Positions 34,031 to 43,301 of a DNA stretch of 64,000 nucleotides are shown in pieces (within the stretch, counting starts at the first letter, position 1; each line of letters starts with the position of its first letter). The DNA is taken from positions 85,680-149,679 of the forward strand of contig JACPFQ010000001.1 of assembly GCA_016182875.1 (NCBI GenBank). Reading direction: 5' to 3'. This DNA is from Candidatus Doudnabacteria bacterium (GTDB lineage Bacteria > Patescibacteriota > Doudnabacteria > UBA920 > O2-02-FULL-48-8). The notes beneath the pieces are model-generated. The model made no database searches, was not told the origin of the DNA, and was given only the letters and a program-made list of their open reading frames with translations. Both the position numbers and the translations under genes were made by a program.

Positions 34031-34120
34031 CCCCTCTCCTATCAGGAGAGGGGACGAGGGTGAGGTGGCTTGAGATGCTTTAGCCACCCCACCCTTAGTC
34101 CCTCCCCTGGAAGGGGAGGG
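34031..34120. repeat. Composite GC-rich hairpin element (three adjacent hairpins); the same modules flank the DUF559 gene at 1234-1271 and 1624-1646
   Basis: CCCCTCTCC-TATCA-GGAGAGGGG; GGGTGAGGTGGC..GCCACCCCACCC; CCCTCCCC-TGGAA-GGGGAGGG. Confidence 0.7.
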
Positions 34121-34218
34121 AAATCCTAATTTGAAAAATTAATACCTGCCAAATATATACGATGCGCTTGTTTTTGTCAACGTTTGGGTATATATTTAAT
34201 TTGATTAAGTTAAAAGCT

Positions 34219-34758
34219 ATGAATTTGAACCCGCTAAAGGACTTCATGGATGGCTGGACCGAGAGCCAGGAAGACCTGAAGAAACGAAAACAAATATTCA
34301 AAAGCTTCAAAGCCAAAGCTGACGTCAAGCGTTCGGAATCCGAAAAGCTGGCAGATTCGATGACGGCCTACTTTGGCAGCATGCGGTTTTTGCTTCTAAA
34401 TCTCATTTGGTTCGCGGCCTGGATTCTGATCAACACCAACTCGATTCCGGGTGTTAAGGCATTCGATCCTTATCCTTTCAACTTCCTGACCATGGTCGTG
34501 TCGTTGGAAGCAATAGTTCTGGCAACCTTTGTCCTTATTTCCCAGAACCGGGCGGCGAGAATAGATGACTTGCGCGAAGAGTTGGATCTGCAAATCAACC
34601 TCATCTCCGAACGGGAAGTTACCAAGGTCATCAAATTACTATCTTTGCTTTTGGAGAGGCAAGGAATCGATCTTTCGCAGGATCCGGAGCTTAAAAAAAT
34701 GCTCCGGCCCACCAGCGCTTCGGAAATCGAAAAACACTTAGAGAAGGAAATAAAATAA
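34219..34758 (+). CDS. DUF1003-domain membrane protein
   Basis: 'FDPYPFNFLTMVVSLEAIVLATFVLISQNRAARIDDLREELDLQINLISEREV'. Confidence 0.7.
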   Translation: MNLNPLKDFMDGWTESQEDLKKRKQIFKSFKAKADVKRSESEKLADSMTAYFGSMRFLLLNLIWFAAWILINTNSIPGVKAFDPYPFNFLTMVVSLEAIVLATFVLISQNRAARIDDLREELDLQINLISEREVTKVIKLLSLLLERQGIDLSQDPELKKMLRPTSASEIEKHLEKEIK

Positions 34759-34761
34759 GTT

Positions 34762-34866
34762 CAAAAATCAAAGAGCAAAAATCAAAATGTAATTAAAAAT
34801 GCAAAAAGAATAATTTTTAATTTTGCTTTATCATTTTGCATTTTGACTTTTGAATTTTAAATTCTC
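34762..34866. repeat. ~105-bp AT-rich palindromic intergenic repeat, copy A (family also at 45413-45522 inverted and 61623-61733)
   Basis: CAAAAATCAAAG(A/C)(G/T)CAAAAATCAAAATGTAATTAAAAATGCAAA...TTTGCATTTTGACTTTTGAATT. Lies between convergent genes. Confidence 0.7.
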
Positions 34867-34873
34867 ATTAGCC

Positions 34874-36784
34874 CTATCTATGCTCTGCCCACCATTCGTA
34901 AACCTGCCTAGCCACAGGCACGGCAACGGAACTCCCCTCGCCCCCGGATTCAACAAGAATCGTTAGGGCGATTTTTGGATCCTCGAACGGAGCGTAAGAG
35001 GTGAACCAGGCGTGCGTGCGGCTGGGATTCCTGGCGTCAAACTGGGCCGTGCCTGTTTTTCCGGCGATGGAAATGGACAAACTATCAAGCGACCGCGCGC
35101 TTCCGGCCGTGACTGCCTGCCGCATGCCATCCTGCACGACTCTCACCCACTTGCTGTCCAAAAAATTTTCTTTAAGCACTACTGGCGTCTTTTTTTCCAC
35201 TCCTTCGATCTCATCGACGATATAAGGCCGCATGAGTTTGCCACCGTTGGCAATCGTGGCCGTCCAGCTGTTGACCTGAAGCGGCGTGACCAGCAAATCC
35301 CCCTGGCCAATGGAATAGTGGTAGGTGTTGCCCAAGTACCACTGTTCGTTTCGCGTCTTTAATTTCCACTCGGGGTCAGGCACCAAGCCGCCTTTTTCGT
35401 TCTGCAAATCAATGCCTAAGGGCTGCCCCAGGCCGAATTTCCGATACCACTCGGCAAGTTTTTCCGGCCCAAGCCCCCTGATGCTTGTTTTGGCATTGCC
35501 GCCGCCAACCGTGTAGAAGTAAATGTCCGAAGAGCGGGCGATCGCCGAGTAAATATCCATCAAGCCCAAACCCGAACGGTCGTAGCCATAAAAAGTGAAG
35601 TTGCCCACATGTATCACGCCGTCATCCAAAATTTTGGTTTCCGGAGTGACTACCCCTTCGGTCAGCGCCGCTACTGCGAGCATGGGTTTGACCGTGGACC
35701 CTGGCGGGTAAGCGCCGGCGATGACGCGATTAAGTAAGGGAATATTTTTATCATTGATTAAGCTTTCGTATTCGGAAGTAGAGATCCCCCGGGCAAACCA
35801 GTTGTTATCGAAGCTCGGCAGCGAGATGTAAGCCAAAACTTTCCCCGTGGCCGGCTCTGTGGCAATAGCCGCGGCTTTTTTGGCTGAGCCGCGTTTCATG
35901 ATGTCTGTCAACGCCTCATATAAAACCGTTTCAAGTTCATAATCAAGATTGAGCTTGAGGTTGCTGCCGGCCACGGCCGGCACTTCCGGCAGGGTTTTTC
36001 TGAAGCTGCCCCGGGCATCGATTTCTATCTGCTTTCGGCCCGGGATGCCTCGCAAAAACCGCTCATAGTAAATTTCCAGGCCGGTTTTGCCGATGTTGTC
36101 GTTGAGCAGATAATTTTCGCCTGCATGCTCCTCGAGCTCTCCGCGCGTGATTTTACCCGTATAGCCGACCAGGTGGGAAAAAACAAGCGGGTCCTTATAC
36201 TCGCGAATCGGATTGTTTTCGACCACAAAACCTTCGAAGCTGTCTTGCCTGCTCATAAGAATCAATGCTTGTTCCTTGCTGATGTTCTGAGCAATGGTCA
36301 AAAAACCTAAATTATCTTGCCTGCTTGAAGCAATGATTTTTTCGATTTCTGCCGGGTCCTCATTTATAATTGCGGCAACCTCGCTGATATTCGACTTAAG
36401 CTCGGCCTCGTCTTTGGGAAAACCCGAAGGATTGGCTACCAGCTCAAAGCTTGGAATGTTGCCGGCAATTACTTTTCCCGTTTTATCAAGGATCAGGCCC
36501 CGCGGAGCGATGACATAATTGGTTCTAAGTTTATTGCCTTCGGCCAAATTTCTAAATTCCTCACCCCTAACCGCTTGAAGAAAGTAAATCCTTCCCAGAA
36601 TCAAACCAAAGCACAAAATCAAGATTAAACCCAAAAGATTCAAATTCGGACGATACCGCTCGTCATCCATGACTTCCGGCTCCGCCACCTGCGAGTCCAA
36701 AAAAGATTCTTCAAAGCTTAAGTCTTTTGTCTTTCTAATCTTTTTGCTTGTCGGTTTAAATTCAAATGGATTTTTCGCCGGCAT
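34874..36784 (-). CDS. mrdA: Penicillin-binding protein 2 (peptidoglycan D,D-transpeptidase) in the mre operon
   Basis: N-terminal TM anchor, dimerisation domain, and transpeptidase motifs 'GSTVKP', 'SIGQGD', 'KTGTAQ'. Confidence 0.88.
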   Translation of the reverse strand: MPAKNPFEFKPTSKKIRKTKDLSFEESFLDSQVAEPEVMDDERYRPNLNLLGLILILCFGLILGRIYFLQAVRGEEFRNLAEGNKLRTNYVIAPRGLILDKTGKVIAGNIPSFELVANPSGFPKDEAELKSNISEVAAIINEDPAEIEKIIASSRQDNLGFLTIAQNISKEQALILMSRQDSFEGFVVENNPIREYKDPLVFSHLVGYTGKITRGELEEHAGENYLLNDNIGKTGLEIYYERFLRGIPGRKQIEIDARGSFRKTLPEVPAVAGSNLKLNLDYELETVLYEALTDIMKRGSAKKAAAIATEPATGKVLAYISLPSFDNNWFARGISTSEYESLINDKNIPLLNRVIAGAYPPGSTVKPMLAVAALTEGVVTPETKILDDGVIHVGNFTFYGYDRSGLGLMDIYSAIARSSDIYFYTVGGGNAKTSIRGLGPEKLAEWYRKFGLGQPLGIDLQNEKGGLVPDPEWKLKTRNEQWYLGNTYHYSIGQGDLLVTPLQVNSWTATIANGGKLMRPYIVDEIEGVEKKTPVVLKENFLDSKWVRVVQDGMRQAVTAGSARSLDSLSISIAGKTGTAQFDARNPSRTHAWFTSYAPFEDPKIALTILVESGGEGSSVAVPVARQVYEWWAEHR

Positions 36785-37286
36785 ATCTAAGCATGAGTTT
36801 GGACACTAAAAGATAATAAAGATAAACCGGATACAGCACTATCAAATCCAATATCGCCTCAAGCCAGATTTTTTTTAAGCTGTCAACAAGACTAAAGGAA
36901 GCGCCAAGCCCCAATCGGGCAAAAATCTCCGATACGAAAAACGCTAAAAAATAATAAGCCACAACTGCCGCAAGCATGACCCCGGCCTGCGCCAAAAAGT
37001 TTTCTTTTTTTTCGGAAAACAGTCTTCCCGCAAGCCTAATGGCCATGACCAAGATAAGAAAACTAATGGTCATCACTCCGTCAGGAAGCGCGGAAACAAA
37101 GTCCGCGAGCATGCCGGCAAGAAGCGCTGCAGCCAGGGCCTCATGGAAAGAAGCGTAAATGGAAACAATCACCAAAAGCATGAGCATGAAATTGGGAAAG
37201 ACCTGGTTAATCGAAAAATTTTGAGCCAGGGCCGTCTGGACGACTGTTAAGATAAAAATCCCAATGCCAAGAATTAGATACTTCAT
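36762..37286 (-). CDS. mreD: Rod shape-determining protein MreD
   Basis: 174-aa polytopic membrane protein immediately downstream of mreC. Confidence 0.7.
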   Translation of the reverse strand: MKYLILGIGIFILTVVQTALAQNFSINQVFPNFMLMLLVIVSIYASFHEALAAALLAGMLADFVSALPDGVMTISFLILVMAIRLAGRLFSEKKENFLAQAGVMLAAVVAYYFLAFFVSEIFARLGLGASFSLVDSLKKIWLEAILDLIVLYPVYLYYLLVSKLMLRYAGEKSI

Positions 37287-38086
37287 TGCTTGATCACGAA
37301 CAAGAACCTTAGATTTCTTAAATCGGCTGACGGGCTGACATAGGCTTTTTGAAACAAGTCCGAAGAAGACGAACTGACGGAGCTGACCTCCCCCACCAGC
37401 AAGCCGCGCGGGAAGTCGCCGGAAAGTCCGGAAGTGACTAACTGGTCGCCGGTCTTTATAAGTTCGTTGTGAGTGATTAAATTAAACTTAAGGCTCAAGC
37501 CATGCTCGCCGGAAAGCAGTCCCAACGCTCCGGACTCCGCAACGAAAGCGTTGACGGTTAAGCTTGGATCGGTAATCAGCGTCACTTCCGAGGTCGTGGA
37601 ATAAACGCGGGTTACCTTTCCCACGAGCAGGCCGGGAGAGGCAATGACGCTGCTGCCCTCGGTTATCTGGCTGCTGCGCCCCTTATCGACGACAATGGTT
37701 TGGGTAAAACCGGTGGGATCGGAAATCTTTACCGCTACCGGAATAAGGTCAAAACTTGATTCCTGTTCAAAGTTCAAAGCCCTGCGCAAGGCTGCGTTTT
37801 CCTGCTTTGCCGCTTTGAGCCGGGCGTTTTCAAATGAAAGCTCGTCAACTTTCTGAGTCAGCTGATCGTTCTCGCTCGAGAGTTTTTTGATTAGAAAGAG
37901 GGTCTTGAATGTGGTTTTAATTCCGCTGCCCGCGTCCGATATAGTAGAGACCGAAGCGCCGTAAGCCTTCAGAATCCCGCTTTTGACCGGGTTTAGAAAA
38001 CCGGTGAGGCTTGCTATGATGAATAGCGAGACGAGCGCGAAAATGGCAAAGCTACGCTGAAAAGCTTTTGTGTAGATAAAACGCAT
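37283..38086 (-). CDS. mreC: Rod shape-determining protein MreC
   Basis: N-terminal TM, coiled coil 'SENDQLTQKVDELSFENARLKAAKQENAALRRAL', and C-terminal beta domains. Confidence 0.8.
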   Translation of the reverse strand: MRFIYTKAFQRSFAIFALVSLFIIASLTGFLNPVKSGILKAYGASVSTISDAGSGIKTTFKTLFLIKKLSSENDQLTQKVDELSFENARLKAAKQENAALRRALNFEQESSFDLIPVAVKISDPTGFTQTIVVDKGRSSQITEGSSVIASPGLLVGKVTRVYSTTSEVTLITDPSLTVNAFVAESGALGLLSGEHGLSLKFNLITHNELIKTGDQLVTSGLSGDFPRGLLVGEVSSVSSSSSDLFQKAYVSPSADLRNLRFLFVIKQ

Positions 38087-38153
38087 AGTAGAAAGTTAGA
38101 AACAAGAGATAAGAAATTAGACTCTCTTGTTTCTATTTACTTGTTTCTTGTTA

Positions 38154-39206
38154 CTACCTCGGGATTTGCTCAAACTGCGTGACCATCAAGACGTCCTTCA
38201 GGCCTTCCAAATCCTCGAGCACGATCCCCGCTCCGCGCACGACCGCTGTCAGCGGGTCGTCCGCGAGGGTTACCGGCATTTGCGTTTCCGAGGCCACGAG
38301 CCTGTCCAGTCCGCGCAAAAGCGCGCCGCCGCCGGCCAGCGTAATGCCGCGCTCCATTATGTCCGCCACCAGCTCTGGCGGAGTTTCTTCCACCGCGGTT
38401 TTGATGTTGTTGACGATGACCCGCACCGAGCGCTGCAAGGCCGCCCTGATCTGGTCGTCCGTGACTGTCACCTCTTTGGGCAGGCCGGTCACCAAATCTC
38501 TTCCCCGGATCTGGGTTTTCATTTTCTCCTTAAGCGCGTAGGCGGAGCCGATTTTGATTTTGACCTCTTCCGCCGTCCGCTCGCCTAAAAGCAAATTAAA
38601 TTCATCGCGGGCGAATTGAATGATGTTTTCGTTCATTTCGTCTCCGGCCACGCGGATGCTGCGGGAAATTACGATTCCACCCAGGGAAATCACGGCAATC
38701 TCAGCCGTTCCCCCGCCGATGTCCACAATCATGGAGCCGGTGGCGTCCTGCACCGGAAGCCTGGCTCCGATAGCCGCGGCCATCGGCTCTTCCACTAGGA
38801 GCGCCATCCGGGCTCCGGCGTTAAGCGTGGCGTCCTGGACTGCCCTTTTTTCCACTTCGGTCACTCCCGACGGTATCCCCACCACCACCCGCGGCCGGTT
38901 AAGAAAGCTAAAAGCCGTATGATTGACTTTTTCAATGAAATATCGAAGCATCTGCTCTGTCACTTCGAAATCGGAAATTACCCCATCGACCAGAGGCCTA
39001 TGAGCCACGATGTGGGCCGGGGTCCTGCCGACCATGCGCTTGGCTTCTTCGCCAATGGCCAAAATCTGCTTGGTCTTCTGGTTTATGGCCACGACCGAGG
39101 GCTCATTAATAACAATACCCTTGCCTTTGACATATACAAGGGTATTGGCAGTGCCTAAGTCAATTCCGATATCTTTGCTGAATCTATTGTAAATGGGATC
39201 GAGCAT
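38154..39206 (-). CDS. mreB: Rod shape-determining protein MreB
   Basis: '[14 protein letters not shown]', 'DIGGGTAEIAVISLGGIV' (actin fold). Confidence 0.93.
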   Translation of the reverse strand: MLDPIYNRFSKDIGIDLGTANTLVYVKGKGIVINEPSVVAINQKTKQILAIGEEAKRMVGRTPAHIVAHRPLVDGVISDFEVTEQMLRYFIEKVNHTAFSFLNRPRVVVGIPSGVTEVEKRAVQDATLNAGARMALLVEEPMAAAIGARLPVQDATGSMIVDIGGGTAEIAVISLGGIVISRSIRVAGDEMNENIIQFARDEFNLLLGERTAEEVKIKIGSAYALKEKMKTQIRGRDLVTGLPKEVTVTDDQIRAALQRSVRVIVNNIKTAVEETPPELVADIMERGITLAGGGALLRGLDRLVASETQMPVTLADDPLTAVVRGAGIVLEDLEGLKDVLMVTQFEQIPR

Positions 39207-40434
39207 TTGCCATCATGTCTTTAATAGCAATTAATTTTGTTTTTGATTCGTTTCTAGATTTTAGCTCGACGCTGTCTTCTTTCAGGGTTTTGTCTGAGAC
39301 TAAAGCCCGCTTTGGGATACCGAGCAGGTCGCTGTCCGTAAGCTTAACGCCTACCGAGACGTCTCTTTGGTCATATAGTACCGAAATGCCGCTTAACTGT
39401 AAAGCTTTGTACAATTTATCGGCTTGCGCAGTATTTTCAGCAATGTTTATCAAATGAACGTCAAATGGCGACACTGCTCGCGGCCAGATAATTCCCTTCT
39501 CGTCATGGAATTTTTCCACAATCACGCCGAGCAGTCGGGAAATGCCAATGCCGTAAGAACCCAAAATCACGGGTCTCTGAGCCCCGCTCTCGTCTTTGAA
39601 GTACAAGCCCAACTGTTCGGATTTAGTCGAGCCAAAACTGAAGATATTTCCAACCTCAGACCCTTTTACTTCTTCAAGCTCCGACCGCTTGACTCCCAAT
39701 TGGGCCATTACCTCGTCAGTCAGGACTTCCTTGTTAATGGCAAGTTTTTTGCCGCGGTGCAAGTAAATCACGTCTTCCCCCGTTTCCGAAAGAGTTTGAA
39801 ATTCGTGGCTGAATTGGGTAAATGCCCCGCCTGAGGCAAAGGTTAAGAAAGTGCTGTCGCCCAAGCCCGTCCGTTCAAAAACTTTGTGATACGCCTGAAT
39901 GGCTTTGTTATAAAATTCTTCGTGAGCTTCTTTACTAATACTGTAAGAATACAAATCCTTCATCAAAAACTCGCGGCCGCGCAGAATGCCGCTTTTGGCC
40001 CTCAGCTCGTTTCGAAGTTTAGTCTGGAATTGATATATGTATACCGGCAGGTCGCGGTAGCTGTTGATGTAAGCAGTCATCATTTCGGTAATCGGCTCTT
40101 CGTGCGACCAGGCCAGGCCGACTTCGTTGCCGTTTTTAAGCTGCGACTTAAACCAAATATCCACCTTTTTATCATCCCACCGGTCAGTTCGCTCCCAAAG
40201 CTCTTTGCGCTGCAAGCTGGTCATGAGCAGCTCCTGGCCGCCAATCGCATTCATCTCTTCGCGCACTATATTTTTGATTTTTTCGATGACCTTAAGCCCC
40301 AAAGGCAAATAGGCATAGGCGCCGGCCATTTGCTTGTGAATGTAGCCTGCGCGGATGAGAAGCTGGGCATTGACCGACTGCTCGTCCTTCGGCGCTGTTC
40401 TCAAAGTTTTGGTAAACAATTCTGATTGAAGCAT
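39184..40434 (-). CDS. proS: Prolyl-tRNA synthetase (short bacterial form lacking the large editing insertion)
   Basis: 'LFTKTLRTAPKDEQSVNAQLLIRAGYI...LPLGLKVIEKIKNIVREEM', class II core, and a C-terminal anticodon-binding domain. Confidence 0.9.
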   Translation of the reverse strand: MLQSELFTKTLRTAPKDEQSVNAQLLIRAGYIHKQMAGAYAYLPLGLKVIEKIKNIVREEMNAIGGQELLMTSLQRKELWERTDRWDDKKVDIWFKSQLKNGNEVGLAWSHEEPITEMMTAYINSYRDLPVYIYQFQTKLRNELRAKSGILRGREFLMKDLYSYSISKEAHEEFYNKAIQAYHKVFERTGLGDSTFLTFASGGAFTQFSHEFQTLSETGEDVIYLHRGKKLAINKEVLTDEVMAQLGVKRSELEEVKGSEVGNIFSFGSTKSEQLGLYFKDESGAQRPVILGSYGIGISRLLGVIVEKFHDEKGIIWPRAVSPFDVHLINIAENTAQADKLYKALQLSGISVLYDQRDVSVGVKLTDSDLLGIPKRALVSDKTLKEDSVELKSRNESKTKLIAIKDMMANARSHLQ

Positions 40435-40447
40435 GGATATTAGCGCA

Positions 40448-40503
40448 ACCCTGAACTTGTTTCAGGGTCTCGTCCTGAGATGCTGAATTAAATTCAGCAT
40501 TAC
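40448..40503. repeat. Double-hairpin repeat containing TGAGATGCTGAAT-taa-ATTCAGCATT (family also at 59080-59134)
   Basis: Hairpin CCCTGAAC..GTTTCAGGG, then the conserved GAGATGCTGAAT/ATTCAGCAT palindrome, then the (A/G)CG..TTTATTA tail. Confidence 0.55.
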
Positions 40504-40601
40504 GTATTTATTAAGCCCTTGAATTATATCAGTTGCTAAAAGCATTGACAAAAGCTCCAAAAAAGAGTGTAATTATATATCACTAACCAAGGAGGTATCC
40601 G

Positions 40602-40802
40602 ATGATGAGCGCGAAGATTGCCCACGTGATTTTCACTAGGCTCAACGCCTACGCCGCCCGGCACGACTTGACCCTGCCCGAGCTTCCGAACGTGGTCAGG
40701 GACCTGGCCGACGGCGTCGAGGAAGTCATCGCAGAGGAGGCGCAAGCCCGGCCCGCCGGCGACGCGGCAATGGGACTGGCCTCGGACGAACACCGAGGCT
40801 GA
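40602..40802 (+). CDS. Hypothetical 66-aa protein, the first ORF of the GC-rich cassette-like island
   Basis: SD AAGGAGG 7 nt upstream. GC about 62%. Confidence 0.45.
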   Translation: MMSAKIAHVIFTRLNAYAARHDLTLPELPNVVRDLADGVEEVIAEEAQARPAGDAAMGLASDEHRG

Positions 40803-40824
40803 TGGACACTGGCCCGACACAAAT

Positions 40825-40869
40825 ACGCGAGGAGTGCAGGAAACAGACACCCTAATGCACTCCCCGCGT
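40825..40869 (+). terminator. Island hairpin type H, copy 1: ACGCGAGGAGTGCA...TGCACTCCCCGCGT
   Basis: 13-bp imperfect stem followed by TTCTAATTTTTCC. Homologous hairpins at 42428-42468 and 43545-43608. Confidence 0.55.
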
Positions 40870-40893
40870 TCTAATTTTTCCGCATTAGCAAAA

Positions 40894-40969
40894 ATCTAAC
40901 CATTTCGAGCGCGAAGCGCGAGAAATCGCTCTTATGAGGGATCTCTCCCGTTGGTCGAGATGGTTACAT
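40894..40969. repeat. attC-like imperfect inverted repeat ATCTAACCATTTCGAG...TCGAGATGGTTACAT
   Basis: Outer 7-mers ATCTAAC (= RYYYAAC) and GTTACAT (one mismatch to GTTRRRY), with inner 9-bp inverted repeats. Preceded by the shared motif TTTTTCCGCATTAGCAAA, also found at 42780-42797. Confidence 0.3.
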
Positions 40970-40997
40970 TCTTGGTGCTGCGAAAACTTGTTAGGAG

Positions 40998-41926
40998 GAA
41001 ACAACATGACCCTCAACCCTTATCTCATTACCAGCATGCGAGGAAAGAGAGATGGGATTGCGGGTCATTCAGAAAGAAGACTCGCAATTGTTTTGCCAAG
41101 CGGTCTGTTTGCCGGCTACCTTGGCGGTGCCGCATGTTGGGCGCTGCACAAGCTGGGCTTCGCAAATGTACCGACTACCATCGTGGGTTTTTCGGCGGGA
41201 GCGCTCACCGGCGCTTTCTGGGTTTCGGGTCAGCTTAATGACCACGTCATGAACCTGGCCCTGACCTACCACGACCGCAATCGCGACGTGGTCCGGCCCT
41301 GGCGGATCGGCAAGATCTTTGACGTTGACCGAGTCATCGACTCGATCGCCCAGGATTTCGATCTTGCCACTTTCATGGCTTCCCCGATCAACTTGTTGGT
41401 CGGGGTTGCGACAGAGGGTGGACACGGCGAACTCCTTGATGTCAAAACGGCCAAACCCGGCCCATTCGATGCGCTTAAGGCAGCGATCGCTATGCCCTGG
41501 CCCATGTTCAATCGCCACATCGAGGTCAACGGCCACCTCTATGGCGACCAGATCTTCGATCCTCTGCCGATTGAAGACATCATCAAGGCGACCAATCCCA
41601 CGGACGTCTTGATAATTGCTAATCAACCAAAGCGACCGATCGACGAATGGCGATTGAGCGGTGCCGATCTGGCGCTGGCAGCCCTGCGTCTCACCGCTCC
41701 CGAGGTGGCGATGAAAATGCTCGGGCGCAAAGCCAGACTTCGCAAAGCACTGCGTTTCTGCGAAGAGTGTCCCGACATCAACATCGGCGTCCTCTATCCG
41801 CCAAGTTCATCGCGCGGACTGACTAGAGATGCCGAATCACTTCGCCACGCCATCATCGAAACTGCCAAGGCGACAGCCGAGGCATTCGGTGAACAACTCA
41901 ACATCTCGCAAGTAGTGAGGGGATGA
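40998..41926 (+). CDS. Patatin-like phospholipase
   Basis: Oxyanion-like 'LPSGLFAGYLGG', nucleophile elbow 'GFSAGA' (G-x-S-x-G), SD AGGAGG. The ORF track start at 40934 lies inside the inverted repeat; the ATG at 40998 is preferred. Confidence 0.6.
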
Positions 41927-42414
41927 TAATGACCGACATGCTGTACCCAAGGCTCATCTTCGCGATTCACTTCACGCTTGCGGATTACGCTGCATGGCAA
42001 AAAATCACCCTGTCGGATATGACTAAGCTCGTGGAGCGTCTGGCAAGTACTCTCGAGCAGAGCTACAACGGGGCGACCAAGAAGCCTCCGAAGAACGCCA
42101 AAGCCACGATCAAACGTGTGCTCGTAGAATACACTTTGAGAGACACCTGCCGCGCCCAGACTCGAAGGCGAGCGAGGATGGGTGCAGGTCGGCGCAAGCG
42201 TGCGTTGACTGGCGGGGCAAGCAGAATCAACCTGCCGGAAATGACTACGCTTGTAGAAAGTCTTACAGGCGCTGTCGACAAGGTCTACGCACTGGAGGCA
42301 GGGACACACAGCAAAGTCGAACGGCCCGCTGCTCGAGAGGCCAAAAGTCTAAGTGGCCTCAGTGCTGCTGACATTCTCGCACACCTTGACTTTGTGCACA
42401 CGTACTTCGACTGA
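41923..42414 (+). CDS. Hypothetical 163-aa protein, coupled to the patatin gene by an ATGA overlap
   Basis: GC-rich ORF with no recognisable domain. Confidence 0.45.
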   Translation: MIMTDMLYPRLIFAIHFTLADYAAWQKITLSDMTKLVERLASTLEQSYNGATKKPPKNAKATIKRVLVEYTLRDTCRAQTRRRARMGAGRRKRALTGGASRINLPEMTTLVESLTGAVDKVYALEAGTHSKVERPAAREAKSLSGLSAADILAHLDFVHTYFD

Positions 42415-42427
42415 GCTGGGTCTTCAG

Positions 42428-42468
42428 GCGCGCGGAGTGGAAGGCTTACACAGCTTCCCTCCCCGCGT
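42428..42468 (+). repeat. Island hairpin type H, copy 2: GCGCGCGGAGTGGAAGGCT..AGCTTCCCTCCCCGCGT
   Basis: Same arm sequences as copy 1. Followed directly by SD AAAGGAGGA. Confidence 0.5.
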
Positions 42469-42493
42469 CCCAAAGCCAAAGGAGGAACCCTAA

Positions 42494-42757
42494 GTGAGCA
42501 CGATTGCAGAGGTCGTCGACTTTGTACTTCAGGCGCAGGCACGGATGAATACGGCCAAATGCGATTCGGCGTTCCGGCTCGAGTTTCATCGACGGCTAGG
42601 AGCGCTCGTCGATGATGTTCGGCGGGTCTACCACCTCAACACCCAGCCGCTGCTTAAGATGGATCGGACAAGGCAACTGCCTGACTCGTCGCAGGTCATC
42701 TTTGATCAACTCAAACAGCAGCTCGCAACCGTCCCAAACAACCCCCGTACTGAGTGA
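42494..42757 (+). CDS. Hypothetical 87-aa protein (GTG start)
   Basis: SD AAGGAGGA 7 nt upstream of GTG. Confidence 0.4.
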   Translation: MSTIAEVVDFVLQAQARMNTAKCDSAFRLEFHRRLGALVDDVRRVYHLNTQPLLKMDRTRQLPDSSQVIFDQLKQQLATVPNNPRTE

Positions 42758-42870
42758 AAGCGTCAGTACGGGGACCCGTTTTTCAGCATTAGCAAATGGT
42801 CACTGATCCCGCCTTCGCCAAGGCTTCGGCGGGCAGGCACGGATTACGGATCACAGATCACTTGGTACTG
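42743..42870. repeat. Hairpin CCCCGTACTGA..TCAGTACGGGG, motif TTTTTCAGCATTAGCAAA, and a second attC-like structured inverted repeat
   Basis: Parallels the 40825-40969 architecture: hairpin, then GCATTAGCAAA motif, then inverted repeat TGGTCACTGATCC...GGATCACAGATCAC with an inner CCCGCC..GGCGGG hairpin. Confidence 0.35.
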
Positions 42871-42923
42871 CGGAGCGAAAACCGCAACCTTTCCGCCCAC
42901 CCAGGGCGATGTTTGGAGGATCA

Positions 42924-43274
42924 ATGGAATCGTTCATGGTTACTCAGACGGCTCTGGCTGGCGTCAGTTTTATCGTCGCTGCGTTCTATCCCTACCGCTC
43001 AGGGCCCGCTTACGCGATGCTGTGGCTCACAGGCTTCGTCGCGGTCCTCGGAGTACTACTTGCCGTGGGCGTTTACTTCGATGCCCATGTTTTCTACCCC
43101 GAAGCGCTGAATGACGGCCCGCTCGGCGTGGGTATGTTCGTCGACCTGCCGGACGCGGTAGAATGGCAGATTCTGAGGGACCTGGCACTCAGCCTCAGCT
43201 TCTACTTGGCGCCTGTCACCACATTCGGGCTCGGCCGCCTGGCCCGCCGCCGCATCGGCCGTCTGACAAGCTAA
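42924..43274 (+). CDS. Hypothetical membrane protein (about 117 aa, 3 TM)
   Basis: SD GGAGGATCA-ATG. Confidence 0.4.
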   Translation: MESFMVTQTALAGVSFIVAAFYPYRSGPAYAMLWLTGFVAVLGVLLAVGVYFDAHVFYPEALNDGPLGVGMFVDLPDAVEWQILRDLALSLSFYLAPVTTFGLGRLARRRIGRLTS

Positions 43275-43301
43275 CGCAATTCAAAACGCGAGGAGTCATT
43301 C

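Noticed and set aside
40894-40969. Declaring a bona fide integron
   Set aside because: One core 7-mer deviates from GTTRRRY, no intI or attI is in the window, and the similarity could be chance. It is reported only as attC-like.
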